From assembly GCF_055900595.2 (NCBI RefSeq), contig NZ_CM148325.1: 64,000 bases of DNA; one strand, 5' to 3'. Each line of letters starts with the position of its first letter. The stretch's first letter is position 1. The translations under genes were made by a program, and so were the position numbers. Below are positions 1 through 14,934 of this stretch, piece after piece. A model generated the notes under the pieces. The model ran no database searches. It was given only the letters and a program-made list of their open reading frames with translations, and was not told where the DNA came from.

Positions 1-2857
<2,857 letters not shown>

Positions 2858-3030
2858 TCACAACCCGAAGATGTTTCACTTCTGATTGCGAAAATTTGAG
2901 AGACTCACGAACAACTTTCGTTGTTCAGTGTTTCAATTTTCAGCTTGATCCAGATTTTTAAAGAGCAAAACTTCGCAGTGAACCTTTGCAGGTACACTCT
3001 GAAGTATTTTTTATTTAATCACTACAGAGA

Positions 3031-3106
3031 TGGTGGAGCTATGCGGGATCGAACCGCAGACCTCCTGCGTGCAAAGCAGGCGCTCTCCCAGCTGAGCTAT
3101 AGCCCC
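3031..3106 (-). tRNA. alaV: tRNA-Ala (UGC), rRNA spacer tRNA
   Basis: Reverse complement reads GGGGCTATAGCTCAGCTGGGAGAGCGCCTGCTTTGCACGCAGGAGGTCTGCGGTTCGATCCCGCATAGCTCCACCA (76 nt, CCA encoded). Confidence 0.95.
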
Positions 3107-3148
3107 ATAACATGTAGTTAAAACCTCTTCAAATTTGCGGTGCAAATT

Positions 3149-3225
<77 letters not shown>

Positions 3226-3293
3226 GTAGAGGTTTTACTGCTCATTTTCATCAGACAATCTGTGTGAGCACTGCAAAGCACAGTTCTTTCAGG

Positions 3294-4835
<1,542 letters not shown>

Positions 4836-4959
4836 AAAAGTTTGATGCTCAAAGAATTAAACTTCGTAATGAATTACGTGTTCACTCTTGAGACTTGGTA
4901 TTCATTTTTCGTCTTGCGACGTTAAGAATCCGTATCTTCGAGTGCCCACACAGATTGTC

Positions 4960-4979
4960 TGATAAATTGTTAAAGAGCA
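4960..4979 (-). promoter_or_regulatory. rrn leader boxA antitermination element
   Basis: Minus strand reads TGCTCTTTAACAATTTATCA, the canonical rrn boxA, about 125 nt upstream of the mature 16S 5' end. Confidence 0.75.
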
Positions 4980-5019
4980 GTTGCGACGCGGCTTTCAGCT
5001 CACTGTCGCGAGGTGGCGT

Positions 5020-5047
5020 ATATTACGCTTTCCTCTTTCAGAGTCAA
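5020..5047 (-). promoter_or_regulatory. rrnH P2 promoter (sigma-70)
   Basis: Minus strand TTGACT - 16 nt - TAATAT, about 185 nt upstream of the 16S 5' end; matches rrn P2 architecture. Confidence 0.65.
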
Positions 5048-5129
5048 CCCTGAATTTCAGGATTTTTCTCTTCAACCGAACCGGCTGTTTGTGTGAAGTG
5101 ATTCACATCCGCCGTGTCGATGGAGGCGC

Positions 5130-5157
5130 ATTATAGGGAGTCGTTTCAGGAAGACAA
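5130..5157 (-). promoter_or_regulatory. rrnH P1 promoter (sigma-70) with GC-rich discriminator; AT-rich UP-element region continues to about 5200
   Basis: Minus strand TTGTCT - 16 nt - TATAAT followed by GCGCC discriminator; AT-rich tract (5160-5200) upstream in the transcription sense. Confidence 0.7.
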
Positions 5158-5200
5158 GCGGAAAAATGCATTTTTATTTCAACCGCTCATCTTTTAATCA

Positions 5201-5773
5201 TTACGCCGGTTTTTGCTGCTTTTTTATCGCTTGCGGCAGGTCTGCCAGGCTATTTAACACCCAATCCGCCGCGTTTTCTGCTTCAGGCGTAATAGGTTTT
5301 CCCGTACGCACCAGCACTTTTGTTCCCACGTTCGCCGCAGCCGCTGCCTGCATATCTTCTAATTTATCGCCCACCATATAAGAAGCGGCCATATCAATAT
5401 GCAAATAATCGCGTGCTGACAAAAGCATCCCCGGATGTGGTTTGCGGCAGTCGCAGACCTGGCGAAACTCTTCAACACTACCCTGCGGATGATGCGGGCA
5501 ATAATAGATACCATCCAGATCGACATCGCGGTCCGCCAGCGACCAGTCCATCCACTCGGTCAGCGTTTCAAACTGTGCTTCAGTAAATTTACCGCGAGCA
5601 ATGCCAGACTGGTTGGTTACTACCACCAGCGCAAAGCCCATTTTTTTTAGCTCGCGCATGGCGTCAATGACACCGTCGATAAATTCAAAGTTGTCGATCT
5701 CATGGACATAGCCGTGATCGACATTAATGGTGCCATCACGGTCAAGAAAAATTGCGGGTACGCTCTTCGCCAC
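5201..5773 (-). CDS. gmhB: D-glycero-beta-D-manno-heptose-1,7-bisphosphate 7-phosphatase (HAD family)
   Basis: 190-aa ORF; HAD motif DRDGT near N-terminus; sits immediately upstream of the rrn promoters as in K-12. Confidence 0.93.
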   Translation of the reverse strand: MAKSVPAIFLDRDGTINVDHGYVHEIDNFEFIDGVIDAMRELKKMGFALVVVTNQSGIARGKFTEAQFETLTEWMDWSLADRDVDLDGIYYCPHHPQGSVEEFRQVCDCRKPHPGMLLSARDYLHIDMAASYMVGDKLEDMQAAAAANVGTKVLVRTGKPITPEAENAADWVLNSLADLPQAIKKQQKPA

Positions 5774-5862
5774 CTTTTATAGCTCCTTAATAAGGCATGT
5801 GACGCTAGTATCGCATGTTTCGACCTGCAAGAAAGTGTTCTTCGCATAAACCTGATTGATTT

Positions 5863-5886
5863 AGACGTCTGGATGCCTTAACATCC
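5863..5886 (+). promoter_or_regulatory. MetJ operator (tandem met boxes) in metNIQ promoter
   Basis: AGACGTCT perfect met box at 5863-5870 followed by degenerate 8-bp repeats GGATGCCT and TAACATCC, 75-98 bp upstream of the metN start. Confidence 0.6.
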
Positions 5887-5960
5887 ATTTCATTGACGGC
5901 TTTGACCGTTTCAGGCATTCGAAATGCCACGACTAACTTAATGACGATAATAAATAATCA

Positions 5961-6992
5961 ATGATAAAACTTTCGAATATCACCAAAGTGTTCCACCAGG
6001 GCACCCGCACCATCCAGGCGTTGAACAACGTCAGCCTGCATGTGCCAGCTGGACAAATTTATGGCGTTATCGGTGCCTCAGGCGCGGGTAAAAGTACGCT
6101 TATCCGTTGTGTAAACCTGCTGGAGCGCCCAACCGAGGGTAGCGTGCTGGTCGATGGTCAGGAACTTACCACGCTGTCAGAATCCGAGTTGACCAAAGCT
6201 CGCCGCCAGATTGGTATGATTTTCCAGCATTTTAACCTGCTCTCTTCGCGCACTGTTTTTGGCAACGTGGCACTGCCGCTGGAGCTGGACAACACGCCGA
6301 AAGACGAGATTAAACGTCGCGTGACAGAATTACTGTCATTGGTTGGTCTTGGCGATAAGCATGATAGTTACCCGTCTAACCTTTCCGGTGGGCAGAAACA
6401 ACGTGTGGCGATTGCCCGTGCGTTAGCCAGCAATCCCAAAGTATTGCTGTGTGATGAGGCCACCAGCGCGCTGGACCCGGCAACAACACGTTCTATTCTC
6501 GAACTGCTGAAAGACATCAATCGTCGTCTGGGTTTGACGATTCTGTTGATCACCCACGAAATGGACGTTGTGAAGCGCATTTGTGATTGCGTGGCGGTGA
6601 TCAGTAATGGCGAGTTGATCGAGCAGGACACGGTAAGTGAAGTGTTCTCGCATCCGAAAACGCCGCTAGCGCAGAAGTTTATTCAGTCGACCCTGCATCT
6701 GGATATCCCGGAAGACTATCAGGAACGACTGCAAGCGGAACCATTCGCTGACTGCGTGCCGATGCTGCGTCTGGAGTTTACCGGTCAATCGGTCGATGCC
6801 CCGCTGCTTTCTGAAACCGCGCGTCGTTTCAACGTCAATAACAACATTATTAGCGCGCAGATGGATTACGCCGGTGGCGTTAAGTTCGGCATCATGCTGA
6901 CTGAAATGCACGGCACACAACAAGATACGCAAGCCGCCATTGCCTGGCTGCAGGAACACCATGTAAAAGTAGAGGTACTGGGTTATGTCTGA
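5961..6992 (+). CDS. metN: Methionine ABC transporter ATP-binding protein
   Basis: 343-aa ORF; Walker [13 protein letters not shown] signature LSGGQKQR, C-terminal NIL-type domain; followed by permease and lipoprotein genes. Confidence 0.95.
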   Translation: MIKLSNITKVFHQGTRTIQALNNVSLHVPAGQIYGVIGASGAGKSTLIRCVNLLERPTEGSVLVDGQELTTLSESELTKARRQIGMIFQHFNLLSSRTVFGNVALPLELDNTPKDEIKRRVTELLSLVGLGDKHDSYPSNLSGGQKQRVAIARALASNPKVLLCDEATSALDPATTRSILELLKDINRRLGLTILLITHEMDVVKRICDCVAVISNGELIEQDTVSEVFSHPKTPLAQKFIQSTLHLDIPEDYQERLQAEPFADCVPMLRLEFTGQSVDAPLLSETARRFNVNNNIISAQMDYAGGVKFGIMLTEMHGTQQDTQAAIAWLQEHHVKVEVLGYV

Positions 6993-7638
6993 GCCGATGA
7001 TGTGGCTGCTGGTTCGTGGCGTATGGGAAACGCTGGCAATGACCTTCGTATCCGGTTTTTTTGGTTTTGTGATTGGCCTGCCGGTTGGCGTCCTGCTTTA
7101 TGTCACGCGTCCGGGGCAAATTATTGCTAACGCGAAGCTGTATCGTACCGTTTCTGCGATTGTGAACATTTTCCGATCCATCCCGTTCATTATCTTGCTG
7201 GTATGGATGATTCCGTTTACTCGCGTTATTGTCGGTACATCGATTGGTTTGCAAGCAGCGATTGTTCCGCTGACAGTTGGTGCAGCACCGTTTATTGCCC
7301 GTATGGTCGAGAACGCTCTGCTGGAGATCCCAACCGGGTTAATTGAAGCTTCCCGCGCAATGGGTGCTACGCCGATGCAGATCGTTCGCAAAGTGCTGTT
7401 ACCGGAGGCGTTGCCAGGTCTGGTGAATGCAGCAACTATCACCCTGATTACTCTGGTCGGTTATTCCGCAATGGGTGGCGCAGTCGGTGCCGGTGGTTTG
7501 GGTCAGATTGGCTATCAGTATGGCTACATCGGTTACAACGCGACGGTGATGAATACGGTACTGGTATTGCTGGTCATTCTGGTTTATTTAATTCAGTTCG
7601 CAGGCGACCGCATCGTCCGGGCTGTCACTCGCAAATAA
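6985..7638 (+). CDS. metI: Methionine ABC transporter permease
   Basis: 217-aa hydrophobic ORF overlapping the metN stop by 8 nt; ABC permease fold. Confidence 0.94.
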   Translation: MSEPMMWLLVRGVWETLAMTFVSGFFGFVIGLPVGVLLYVTRPGQIIANAKLYRTVSAIVNIFRSIPFIILLVWMIPFTRVIVGTSIGLQAAIVPLTVGAAPFIARMVENALLEIPTGLIEASRAMGATPMQIVRKVLLPEALPGLVNAATITLITLVGYSAMGGAVGAGGLGQIGYQYGYIGYNATVMNTVLVLLVILVYLIQFAGDRIVRAVTRK

Positions 7639-7677
7639 CGTTCAACACAACATAAATAATTGAAGAAGGAATAAGGT

Positions 7678-8493
7678 ATGGCGTTCAAATTCAAAACCTT
7701 TGCGGCAGTGGGAGCCCTGATTGGATCACTGGCACTGGTAGGCTGCGGTCAGGATGAAAAAGATCCAAACCACATTAAAGTCGGCGTGATTGTTGGTGCC
7801 GAACAGCAGGTTGCAGAAGTCGCGCAGAAAGTCGCGAAAGACAAATATGGCCTGGACGTTGAGCTGGTCACCTTCAACGACTATGTTCTGCCAAACGAAG
7901 CATTGAGCAAAGGCGATATCGACGCCAACGCCTTCCAGCATAAACCGTACCTTGATCAGCAACTGAAAGATCGTGGCTACAAACTGGTCGCAGTAGGCAA
8001 CACGTTTGTGTATCCGATTGCCGGTTACTCCAAGAAAATCAAATCGCTGGATGAACTGCAGGATGGTTCGCAGGTTGCCGTGCCAAACGACCCGACTAAC
8101 CTTGGTCGTTCACTGCTGCTGCTGCAAAAAGTGGGCTTGATCAAACTGAAAGATGGCGTTGGCCTGTTGCCAACAGTTCTTGATGTTGTAGAGAACCCAA
8201 AAAACCTGAAAATTGTTGAGCTGGAAGCACCGCAGCTGCCGCGCTCTCTGGACGATGCGCAAATCGCTCTGGCGGTTATCAACACCACCTATGCCAGCCA
8301 GATTGGCCTGACTCCGGCGAAAGACGGTATCTTTGTCGAAGATAAAGACTCCCCGTACGTAAACCTGATCGTAACGCGTGAAGATAACAAAGACGCTGAG
8401 AACGTGAAGAAATTCGTCCAGGCTTATCAGTCTGACGAAGTTTACGAAGCAGCAAACAAAGTGTTTAACGGAGGCGCTGTTAAAGGCTGGTAA
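7678..8493 (+). CDS. metQ: Methionine-binding lipoprotein (NlpA family)
   Basis: 271-aa ORF with lipoprotein signal peptide and lipobox LVGC. Confidence 0.94.
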   Translation: MAFKFKTFAAVGALIGSLALVGCGQDEKDPNHIKVGVIVGAEQQVAEVAQKVAKDKYGLDVELVTFNDYVLPNEALSKGDIDANAFQHKPYLDQQLKDRGYKLVAVGNTFVYPIAGYSKKIKSLDELQDGSQVAVPNDPTNLGRSLLLLQKVGLIKLKDGVGLLPTVLDVVENPKNLKIVELEAPQLPRSLDDAQIALAVINTTYASQIGLTPAKDGIFVEDKDSPYVNLIVTREDNKDAENVKKFVQAYQSDEVYEAANKVFNGGAVKGW

Positions 8494-8530
8494 TTTTTAG
8501 GCTGTTTCCACAATTTGTAATATCATTCAG

Positions 8531-8559
8531 GACGGGCGCTTGCCCGTCTTGTCATTTTT
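8531..8559 (+). terminator. Intrinsic terminator after metQ
   Basis: GACGGGCG-CTT-GCCCGTC hairpin followed by a T-rich tract (TTGTCATTTTT). Confidence 0.6.
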
Positions 8560-8610
8560 ACAAGCTCCTGATTCAATATTGACGTTTTGATCATACATTG
8601 AGGAAATACT

Positions 8611-9015
8611 ATGCGTGCTTTACCGATCTGTTTAGTAGCACTCATGCTAAGCGGCTGTTCCATGTTAAGCAGATCCCCTGTCGAACCCGTTCAAAGCACT
8701 GCACCCCAGCCGAAAGCGGAGCCTGCAAAACCGAAAGCACCGCGCGCCGCGCCGGTCCGAATTTATACCAATGCAGAAGAATTAGTCGGCAAACCATTCC
8801 GCGATCTCGGTGAAGTCAGTGGCGATTCTTGCCAGGCCTCTAATCAGGACTCTCCGCCGAGCATTCCAACCGCGCGTAAGCGGATGCAAATCAATGCCTC
8901 TAAAATGAAAGCCAATGCGGTATTACTGCATAGCTGCGAAGTTACCAGCGGTACGCCAGGCTGTTATCGTCAGGCTGTATGTATCGGTTCTGCGCTTAAC
9001 ATTACGGCGAAATGA
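8611..9015 (+). CDS. rcsF: Outer-membrane lipoprotein sensor of the Rcs phosphorelay
   Basis: 134-aa ORF; signal peptide with lipobox LSGC; Pro/Ala-rich linker; conserved Cys residues. Confidence 0.93.
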   Translation: MRALPICLVALMLSGCSMLSRSPVEPVQSTAPQPKAEPAKPKAPRAAPVRIYTNAEELVGKPFRDLGEVSGDSCQASNQDSPPSIPTARKRMQINASKMKANAVLLHSCEVTSGTPGCYRQAVCIGSALNITAK

Positions 9016-9719
9016 GCAGTTTCCAGTTCGAGCAAATAGGCGTTATTCACTCGCCCTATAAAGAAAAATTCGCCGTTCCGCGCCAGCCAGGTCTGGTAAA
9101 AAGCGCCAACGGTGAACTGCATCTCATTGCTCCCTACAACCAGGCCGACGCCGTTCGCGGCCTGGAAGCGTTTAGCCATTTATGGATCCTTTTTGTCTTT
9201 CATCAAACAATGGAAGGCGGCTGGCGTCCGACAGTGCGTCCACCGCGCCTCGGCGGTAACGCCAGAATGGGCGTTTTCGCCACACGCTCTACTTTCCGCC
9301 CTAACCCGATTGGTATGTCGCTGGTAGAGCTGAAGGAAGTTATTTGTCATAAAGATAGCGTGATTCTGAAGCTCGGCAGTCTGGATCTGGTCGATGGTAC
9401 GCCGGTGGTAGATATCAAACCGTATCTTCCCTTTGCCGAATCGCTTCCTGATGCCAGTGCCAGCTATGCGCAAAGTGCACCAGCGGCAGAGATGGCGGTG
9501 AGTTTTACCTTAGAGGTCGAAAAGCAGCTTTTGACATTGGAGAAGCGCTATCCGCAGTTAACGCTGTTTATCCGCGAAGTACTGGCGCAGGACCCGCGTC
9601 CAGCCTATCGTAAAGGTGAGGAAACGGGCAAAACCTATGCCGTCTGGCTACATAATTTTAACGTTCGCTGGCGCGTCACCGACGCTGGTTTTGAAGTCTT
9701 TGCGCTGGAACCGCGTTAA
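9012..9719 (+). CDS. trmO: tRNA (adenine37-N6)-methyltransferase (TsaA/YaeB family)
   Basis: 235-aa ORF overlapping the rcsF stop by 4 nt (ATGA); matches K-12 YaeB/TrmO in length and position. Confidence 0.9.
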   Translation: MSSFQFEQIGVIHSPYKEKFAVPRQPGLVKSANGELHLIAPYNQADAVRGLEAFSHLWILFVFHQTMEGGWRPTVRPPRLGGNARMGVFATRSTFRPNPIGMSLVELKEVICHKDSVILKLGSLDLVDGTPVVDIKPYLPFAESLPDASASYAQSAPAAEMAVSFTLEVEKQLLTLEKRYPQLTLFIREVLAQDPRPAYRKGEETGKTYAVWLHNFNVRWRVTDAGFEVFALEPR

Positions 9720-9829
9720 ATTCGCGCCCTTCTCTTTTGACATTTCTTTTGCACTGGTAAACTAAATCACTTTTTTTGTCCCAGGCTCGCCTTGAGCCTG
9801 CTCTACCTTCCAACTGGAACCGTAACAAC

Positions 9830-11548
9830 ATGCGTACTAGCCAATACCTGCTCTCCACTCTTAAGGAGACACCTGCCGACGCCGAGGTGATCAGCCATCA
9901 GCTGATGTTGCGCGCCGGGATGATCCGCAAGCTGGCCTCCGGGTTATACACCTGGCTGCCGACCGGCGTGCGCGTTCTGAAAAAAGTCGAAAACATCGTG
10001 CGTGAAGAGATGAACAACGCCGGTGCGATCGAGGTGTTAATGCCGGTGGTTCAGCCATCTGAACTGTGGCAAGAGAGTGGTCGTTGGGAACAGTATGGCC
10101 CGGAATTGCTGCGTATTGCTGACCGTGGTGACCGTCCGTTCGTACTCGGCCCAACTCATGAAGAAGTGATTACCGACCTGATTCGTAACGAGCTGAGCTC
10201 TTACAAACAGCTGCCGCTGAACTTCTATCAGATCCAGACCAAGTTCCGTGATGAAGTGCGCCCGCGTTTCGGCGTCATGCGTTCCCGCGAATTCCTGATG
10301 AAAGATGCTTACTCTTTCCATACCTCTCAGGAATCCCTGCAGGAAACCTACGATGCAATGTATGCGGCCTACAGCAAAATCTTCAGCCGCATGGGGCTGG
10401 ATTTCCGCGCCGTACAGGCCGACACCGGTTCTATCGGCGGCAGCGCCTCTCACGAATTCCAGGTGCTGGCGCAGAGCGGTGAAGACGATGTGGTCTTCTC
10501 CGACACCTCTGACTATGCAGCGAACATTGAGCTGGCAGAAGCTATCGCGCCGAAAGAACCGCGCGCTGCTGCTACCCAGGAAATGACGCTGGTTGATACG
10601 CCGAACGCGAAAACCATCGCTGAACTGGTAGAACAATTCAATCTGCCGATTGAAAAAACGGTTAAGACTCTGCTGGTTAAAGCCGTTGAAGGCAGTAGCT
10701 TCCCGCTGGTTGCGCTGCTGGTTCGCGGTGACCACGAGCTGAACGAAGTTAAAGCTGAGAAACTGCCGCAGGTTGCAAGCCCGCTGACTTTCGCGACTGA
10801 AGAAGAAATTCGTGCCGTGGTTAAAGCCGGTCCGGGTTCACTGGGTCCGGTAAACATGCCGATTCCGGTAGTAATTGACCGTACTGTTGCGGCGATGAGT
10901 GATTTTGCTGCTGGTGCTAACATCGATGGCAAACACTACTTCGGTATCAACTGGGATCGCGATGTCGCAACCCCGGAAGTTGCGGATATCCGTAACGTAG
11001 TGGCTGGCGATCCAAGCCCGGATGGACAGGGTACGCTGCTGATCAAACGTGGTATCGAAGTCGGTCACATCTTCCAGCTGGGTACTAAGTACTCCGAAGC
11101 ACTTAAAGCCTCCGTTCAGGGTGAAGATGGCCGTAATCAGATCCTGACTATGGGTTGCTACGGTATCGGCGTAACGCGCGTAGTAGCTGCGGCAATTGAG
11201 CAGAACCACGACGAACGCGGCATCGTATGGCCTGACGCTATCGCACCTTTCCAGGTGGCGATTCTGCCGATGAACATGCACAAATCCTTCCGCGTACAGG
11301 AGCTGGCTGAGAAACTGTATAGCGAACTGCGCGCACAGGGTATCGAAGTGCTGCTGGATGACCGCAAACAACGTCCGGGCGTGATGTTTGCTGATATGGA
11401 ACTGATCGGTATTCCGCACACTATCGTGTTGGGCGACCGTAACCTCGACAACGACGATATCGAATACAAATACCGTCGTAACGGTGAGAAACAGTTAATT
11501 AAGACCGGTGACATCGTCGATTATCTGGTGAAACAGATTAAAGGCTGA
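9830..11548 (+). CDS. proS: Prolyl-tRNA synthetase (class II)
   Basis: ORF track gives 9776..11548 (590 aa); the K-12 protein starts [20 protein letters not shown] at the second Met (9830), giving 572 aa. Confidence 0.95.
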   Translation: MRTSQYLLSTLKETPADAEVISHQLMLRAGMIRKLASGLYTWLPTGVRVLKKVENIVREEMNNAGAIEVLMPVVQPSELWQESGRWEQYGPELLRIADRGDRPFVLGPTHEEVITDLIRNELSSYKQLPLNFYQIQTKFRDEVRPRFGVMRSREFLMKDAYSFHTSQESLQETYDAMYAAYSKIFSRMGLDFRAVQADTGSIGGSASHEFQVLAQSGEDDVVFSDTSDYAANIELAEAIAPKEPRAAATQEMTLVDTPNAKTIAELVEQFNLPIEKTVKTLLVKAVEGSSFPLVALLVRGDHELNEVKAEKLPQVASPLTFATEEEIRAVVKAGPGSLGPVNMPIPVVIDRTVAAMSDFAAGANIDGKHYFGINWDRDVATPEVADIRNVVAGDPSPDGQGTLLIKRGIEVGHIFQLGTKYSEALKASVQGEDGRNQILTMGCYGIGVTRVVAAAIEQNHDERGIVWPDAIAPFQVAILPMNMHKSFRVQELAEKLYSELRAQGIEVLLDDRKQRPGVMFADMELIGIPHTIVLGDRNLDNDDIEYKYRRNGEKQLIKTGDIVDYLVKQIKG

Positions 11549-11554
11549 TGCCAG

Positions 11555-11586
11555 AAAGGGTCCTGAATTTCAGGACCCTTTTTTAC
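11555..11586 (+). terminator. Intrinsic terminator after proS
   Basis: AAAGGGTCCTGAA-ATT-TCAGGACCCTTT perfect hairpin followed by TTTTTT. Confidence 0.8.
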
Positions 11587-11600
11587 ATGGATTGTATAAA

Positions 11601-12425
11601 ATGGATAAACCAAAGGCGTACTGCTGCCTGCTTCTCCCCTGCTTTCTTTTACTTTCGGCCTGTACCGTTGATATCAGCCAACCAGACTCATCAGCCACAG
11701 CGGTAGATGCCAAGGCAAAAACATGGGCAGTCAAATTCCAGCATCAAAGCTCTTTCACCGAACAATCAATAAAAGAAATAACAGAACCTGATCTCAAACC
11801 CGGCGATTTACTGTTCTCCTCAAGCCTCGGGGTAACCTCATTTGGTATCCGCGTCTTCAGCACTTCCTCAGTGAGCCACGTTGCAATCTTTTTGGGAGAT
11901 AATAACGTTGCAGAAGCGACAGGAGATGGCATCCAGATTGTTTCCCTTAAAAAAGCGATGAAGCATAGTGATAAGCTTTTCGTCTTACGAGTCCCGGATC
12001 TTACCCCGCAACAAGCCACAGAAATTACCGCGTTTGCCAATAAAATCAAAGATAGCGGTTATAACTATCGCGGCATTGTCGAATTTATTCCATTTATGGT
12101 GACTCGCCAGATGTGCTCACTGAATCCGTTCTCCGAGGATTTTCGCCAACAGTGCGTCAGCGGCCTGGCGAAAGCGCAGTTAAGCAGTGTGAGCGAAGGA
12201 GACAAAAAGTCGTGGTTTTGTTCGGAATTTGTCACTGATGCATTTGCCAAAGCCGGACATCCGCTTACGCTGGCACAGTCTGGCTGGATTAGCCCTGCCG
12301 ATCTGATGCATATGCGTACTGGCGATGTCTCTGCGTTTAAGCCAGAAACGCAGTTACATTATGTTGGGCACCTGAAGCCAGGAATTTATATTAAAGCGAG
12401 TCGCTTTGTTGGACTGACTCAGTGA
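11601..12425 (+). CDS. yaeF: Lipoprotein, putative C40-family peptidase
   Basis: ORF track 11592..12425; start placed at MDKPK (274 aa); signal peptide with lipobox LLSAC. Confidence 0.85.
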   Translation: MDKPKAYCCLLLPCFLLLSACTVDISQPDSSATAVDAKAKTWAVKFQHQSSFTEQSIKEITEPDLKPGDLLFSSSLGVTSFGIRVFSTSSVSHVAIFLGDNNVAEATGDGIQIVSLKKAMKHSDKLFVLRVPDLTPQQATEITAFANKIKDSGYNYRGIVEFIPFMVTRQMCSLNPFSEDFRQQCVSGLAKAQLSSVSEGDKKSWFCSEFVTDAFAKAGHPLTLAQSGWISPADLMHMRTGDVSAFKPETQLHYVGHLKPGIYIKASRFVGLTQ

Positions 12426-12450
12426 TAAAAGCCTGCCTCGTGCACAAAAT

Positions 12451-12549
12451 GCCGGATGCGGCGTGAGCGCCTTACCCGGCCTACAAAATCTTGCTAATAC
12501 AAAATGTTGCATTATTGGCTGTAGGCCTGATAAGCGCTGCGCATCAGGC
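12451..12549. repeat. BIME: two inverted REP units
   Basis: GCCGGATGCGGCGTGAGCGCCTTACCCGGCCTACA (12451-12485) and the inverted unit TGTAGGCCTGATAAGCGCTGCGCATCAGGC (12520-12549) between convergent yaeF and nlpE. Confidence 0.85.
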
Positions 12550-12580
12550 AATTTTTCGTTTGTTTCTGTCTCACGATGGC

Positions 12581-13291
12581 TTACTGCCCCAAACTACTGC
12601 AATCCTGGTGCGGGTAAAATTTACCTGCCGTATCGGGCGCAAATACTTTGGTCGGCGCACCAGTATCCGGATTAGCCTCAAGCGTAAAGTGACCTTCTAC
12701 TGACAGTAACACTGGTTTCTCGCTGTTGCCGCGGGCAGCCAAATAGCCCCGTTCCAGCTCAGCGTTATTCGCTACCATGAAACGTTTTCCGGTCGCACAA
12801 TCAGTAAAGGTTGCCGCATCAGCCATATAAAAATACATGCCGCGTAGAGTCATCGGCGTCACTGGCAGGCTGGATTTTGCCGGTTCCAGTGTATAGTTGA
12901 ACTGCGATTCGATCGGATTGCCTTCACGATCGAGCATCTCCAGCGCATCTCCTTTCGCCCGATAATATGACTTTTCACCTTTACTGTCGGTTAATACCAG
13001 TTTGTCAGCGGTTCGCGCCCATGTACCGTAGGAGGCGAAAGAGGAAGGTTCTTCACGAGCCCCCAGATAACGCTCATTCATCACCCAGGTTCCATCTTTT
13101 TCGAGGAACAGAGAGGTTTCGATGCCTTCGCAATCAGCACACGGCAGCACGCCGCGCCAGCTTTGCGGCATCGGCTTCAGTTCAGCGGCCTGCGCCGGAG
13201 AAAGCGTATCGACTTCGGCTCGATTATTACATCCCATCAGAGTAAAGAGGCTGATTACAGCCATCGCTGTCACTATCGCTTTTTTCACCAT
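12581..13291 (-). CDS. nlpE: Outer-membrane lipoprotein NlpE (Cpx-activating sensor)
   Basis: 236-aa ORF; lipobox LMGC; CXXC motif (CADC). Confidence 0.93.
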   Translation of the reverse strand: MVKKAIVTAMAVISLFTLMGCNNRAEVDTLSPAQAAELKPMPQSWRGVLPCADCEGIETSLFLEKDGTWVMNERYLGAREEPSSFASYGTWARTADKLVLTDSKGEKSYYRAKGDALEMLDREGNPIESQFNYTLEPAKSSLPVTPMTLRGMYFYMADAATFTDCATGKRFMVANNAELERGYLAARGNSEKPVLLSVEGHFTLEANPDTGAPTKVFAPDTAGKFYPHQDCSSLGQ

Positions 13292-13304
13292 CCATTCCTT
13301 CTTT

Positions 13305-13727
13305 TTATTCCCGACCGCCGCGCACTTTGCCGCGCAACGCCTTCACGCTTGATTTTTGTGCTTTCGATACCAGCCTGCGCTCTTTTGATGCGCGGGTAGG
13401 TCGTGTCGGTCGTCGGGCTTTTTGTTCTGTTGTTAATTCTTTAATCACTGCCACCAGCCGAGCCAGCGCCGCTTCGCGGTTCAGTTCCTGGCTGCGGTAT
13501 TCCTGTGCCTTGATGACTATCACTCCATCGCTGCTAATCAGATGATGGCTGGCAGCGAGCAGGCGCTCTTTGTAATACTCTGGCAGGCTGGACGCTCGAA
13601 TGTCAAAACGCAGATGAATAGCCGTTGAGGTCTTATTCACATGCTGTCCGCCCGCGCCCTGTGCACGAATAGCAGTGATCTCAAACTCACCATCGGGGAT
13701 AGCAACATGTCGGGAAATCATAATCAT
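13305..13727 (-). CDS. arfB: Ribosome-rescue peptidyl-tRNA hydrolase ArfB
   Basis: 140-aa ORF with GGQ motif ([10 protein letters not shown]) and basic C-terminal tail. Confidence 0.94.
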   Translation of the reverse strand: MIMISRHVAIPDGEFEITAIRAQGAGGQHVNKTSTAIHLRFDIRASSLPEYYKERLLAASHHLISSDGVIVIKAQEYRSQELNREAALARLVAVIKELTTEQKARRPTRPTRASKERRLVSKAQKSSVKALRGKVRGGRE

Positions 13728-14269
13728 GAAGGTTGTTGCCAGGCGATTAAGTTTACTTCCAGATTATTCTTATCATCCGATAACCAAATCACCCCATCCT
13801 GAATCGTTGCCTGCAGCGTCATGGTACGATCGGCAAAGGCGCTCACTTTTGCCAGTTGCTCGTCGTCCAGATACCAGACAGAAAGATTGGCAAACTGCGC
13901 ACATTTGCTCTGATTTTGCTGCCACCAGATTTGCGCCGCCCGACTATTATAGGCAAACAGCGCCACTTCTGCGGCCTGGGTGCAGGCTTTCTTAATCCGC
14001 CGCTCATCCGGCAATCCCAGTTCAATCCACAAATCAATGCCCAGATGATCATTACGCAGCCACGCTTCCGGCTCATCATCGGCACACAAACCTCGGGTAA
14101 ATTGCAGACGTTCATCAGCATATTTCAGCCACGCCAGCAAGCGCAGCATCATGCGCTCCTGGGTTTCTGAAGGATGGCGCGCCAGCGTCAGAGAGGCATC
14201 GAGAAACTGGTTGCGGTCGAGATCGGCCACATTAACCGTCGCTTTATAAATTGTCGCTTTAAGCGCCAT
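13724..14269 (-). CDS. yaeQ: YaeQ family protein (PD-(D/E)XK fold)
   Basis: 181-aa ORF overlapping the arfB start by 4 nt; synteny yaeQ-arfB-nlpE. Confidence 0.9.
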   Translation of the reverse strand: MALKATIYKATVNVADLDRNQFLDASLTLARHPSETQERMMLRLLAWLKYADERLQFTRGLCADDEPEAWLRNDHLGIDLWIELGLPDERRIKKACTQAAEVALFAYNSRAAQIWWQQNQSKCAQFANLSVWYLDDEQLAKVSAFADRTMTLQATIQDGVIWLSDDKNNLEVNLIAWQQPS

Positions 14270-14434
14270 AAGAAAACTCCTTTCGAATCAGGAGGCCATT
14301 GTAACGGAATACGTGCAGTTGCGACGCTGATATTGCAGAAATGAGTGTGGTATAGTCACCTTGCGAAACAGAGTTTATCTTCGTAGGCTTAGACTTGCAT
14401 CCACGGTTAAGTCAGAGTGCTGACAGGAGGGCAT

Positions 14435-14635
14435 GTGGAAAAATATTGTGAGTTAATACGCAAGCGGTACGCGGAAATCGCCAGCGGAGACTTAGGATAC
14501 GTTCCGGACGCGCTGGGCTGCGTTTTGAAAGTGCTGAATGAAATGGCTGCCGACGATGCCCTTTCTGAGGCTGTCAGGGAAAAAGCAGCATACGCTGCGG
14601 CAAACTTACTGGTGAGCGATTATGTCAATGAATGA
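14435..14635 (+). CDS. yaeP: UPF0253 small protein YaeP
   Basis: ORF track 14417..14635; a GTG at 14435 is preceded by AGGAGG (14424-14429) and yields the 66-aa protein (M/V)[22 protein letters not shown]... Confidence 0.8.
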
Positions 14636-14882
14636 TACGTATCAACCAATCAATTGTGATGATTACGATAATCTTGAGCTCGCCTGCCAGCATCATTTAA
14701 TGCTGACACTTGAGCTGAAAGATGGCGAAAAACTGCAGGGGAAGGCCAGCGATTTAGTCTCCCGCAAAAATGTGGAATATCTGGTCGTTGAAGCTGCTGG
14801 CGAAACACGCGAGCTACGCCTGGATAAAATTACCAGCTTTAGCCACCCGGAAATTGGTACGGTGGTGGTGAGCGAGTCCTGA
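14628..14882 (+). CDS. rof: Rho-binding antiterminator Rof (YaeO)
   Basis: ORF track 14622..14882; start placed at [36 protein letters not shown] (84 aa); overlaps the yaeP stop by 8 nt. Confidence 0.88.
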
Positions 14883-14891
14883 TTGACTTTC

Positions 14892-14924
14892 GCCGGATGC
14901 GACGTTTGATGCGTCTTATCCGGC
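14892..14924. repeat. REP unit
   Basis: GCCGGATGCGACG...CGTCTTATCCGGC palindromic unit between convergent rof and tilS. Confidence 0.7.
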
Positions 14925-14934
14925 TTTCACTTAA

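Noticed and set aside
10037-10735. 232-aa minus-strand ORF antisense to proS, and similar antisense ORFs at 25704..26390 and 62499..63338
   Set aside because: Each is fully contained in a well-supported sense gene (proS, lpxA/fabZ, mrcB); no independent start-site context.
11601-12425. yaeF as a horizontally acquired gene because of its somewhat lower GC
   Set aside because: The GC dip is modest (mid-40s% by eye), the gene is in its conserved K-12 position between proS and nlpE, and it has a normal lipoprotein signal.
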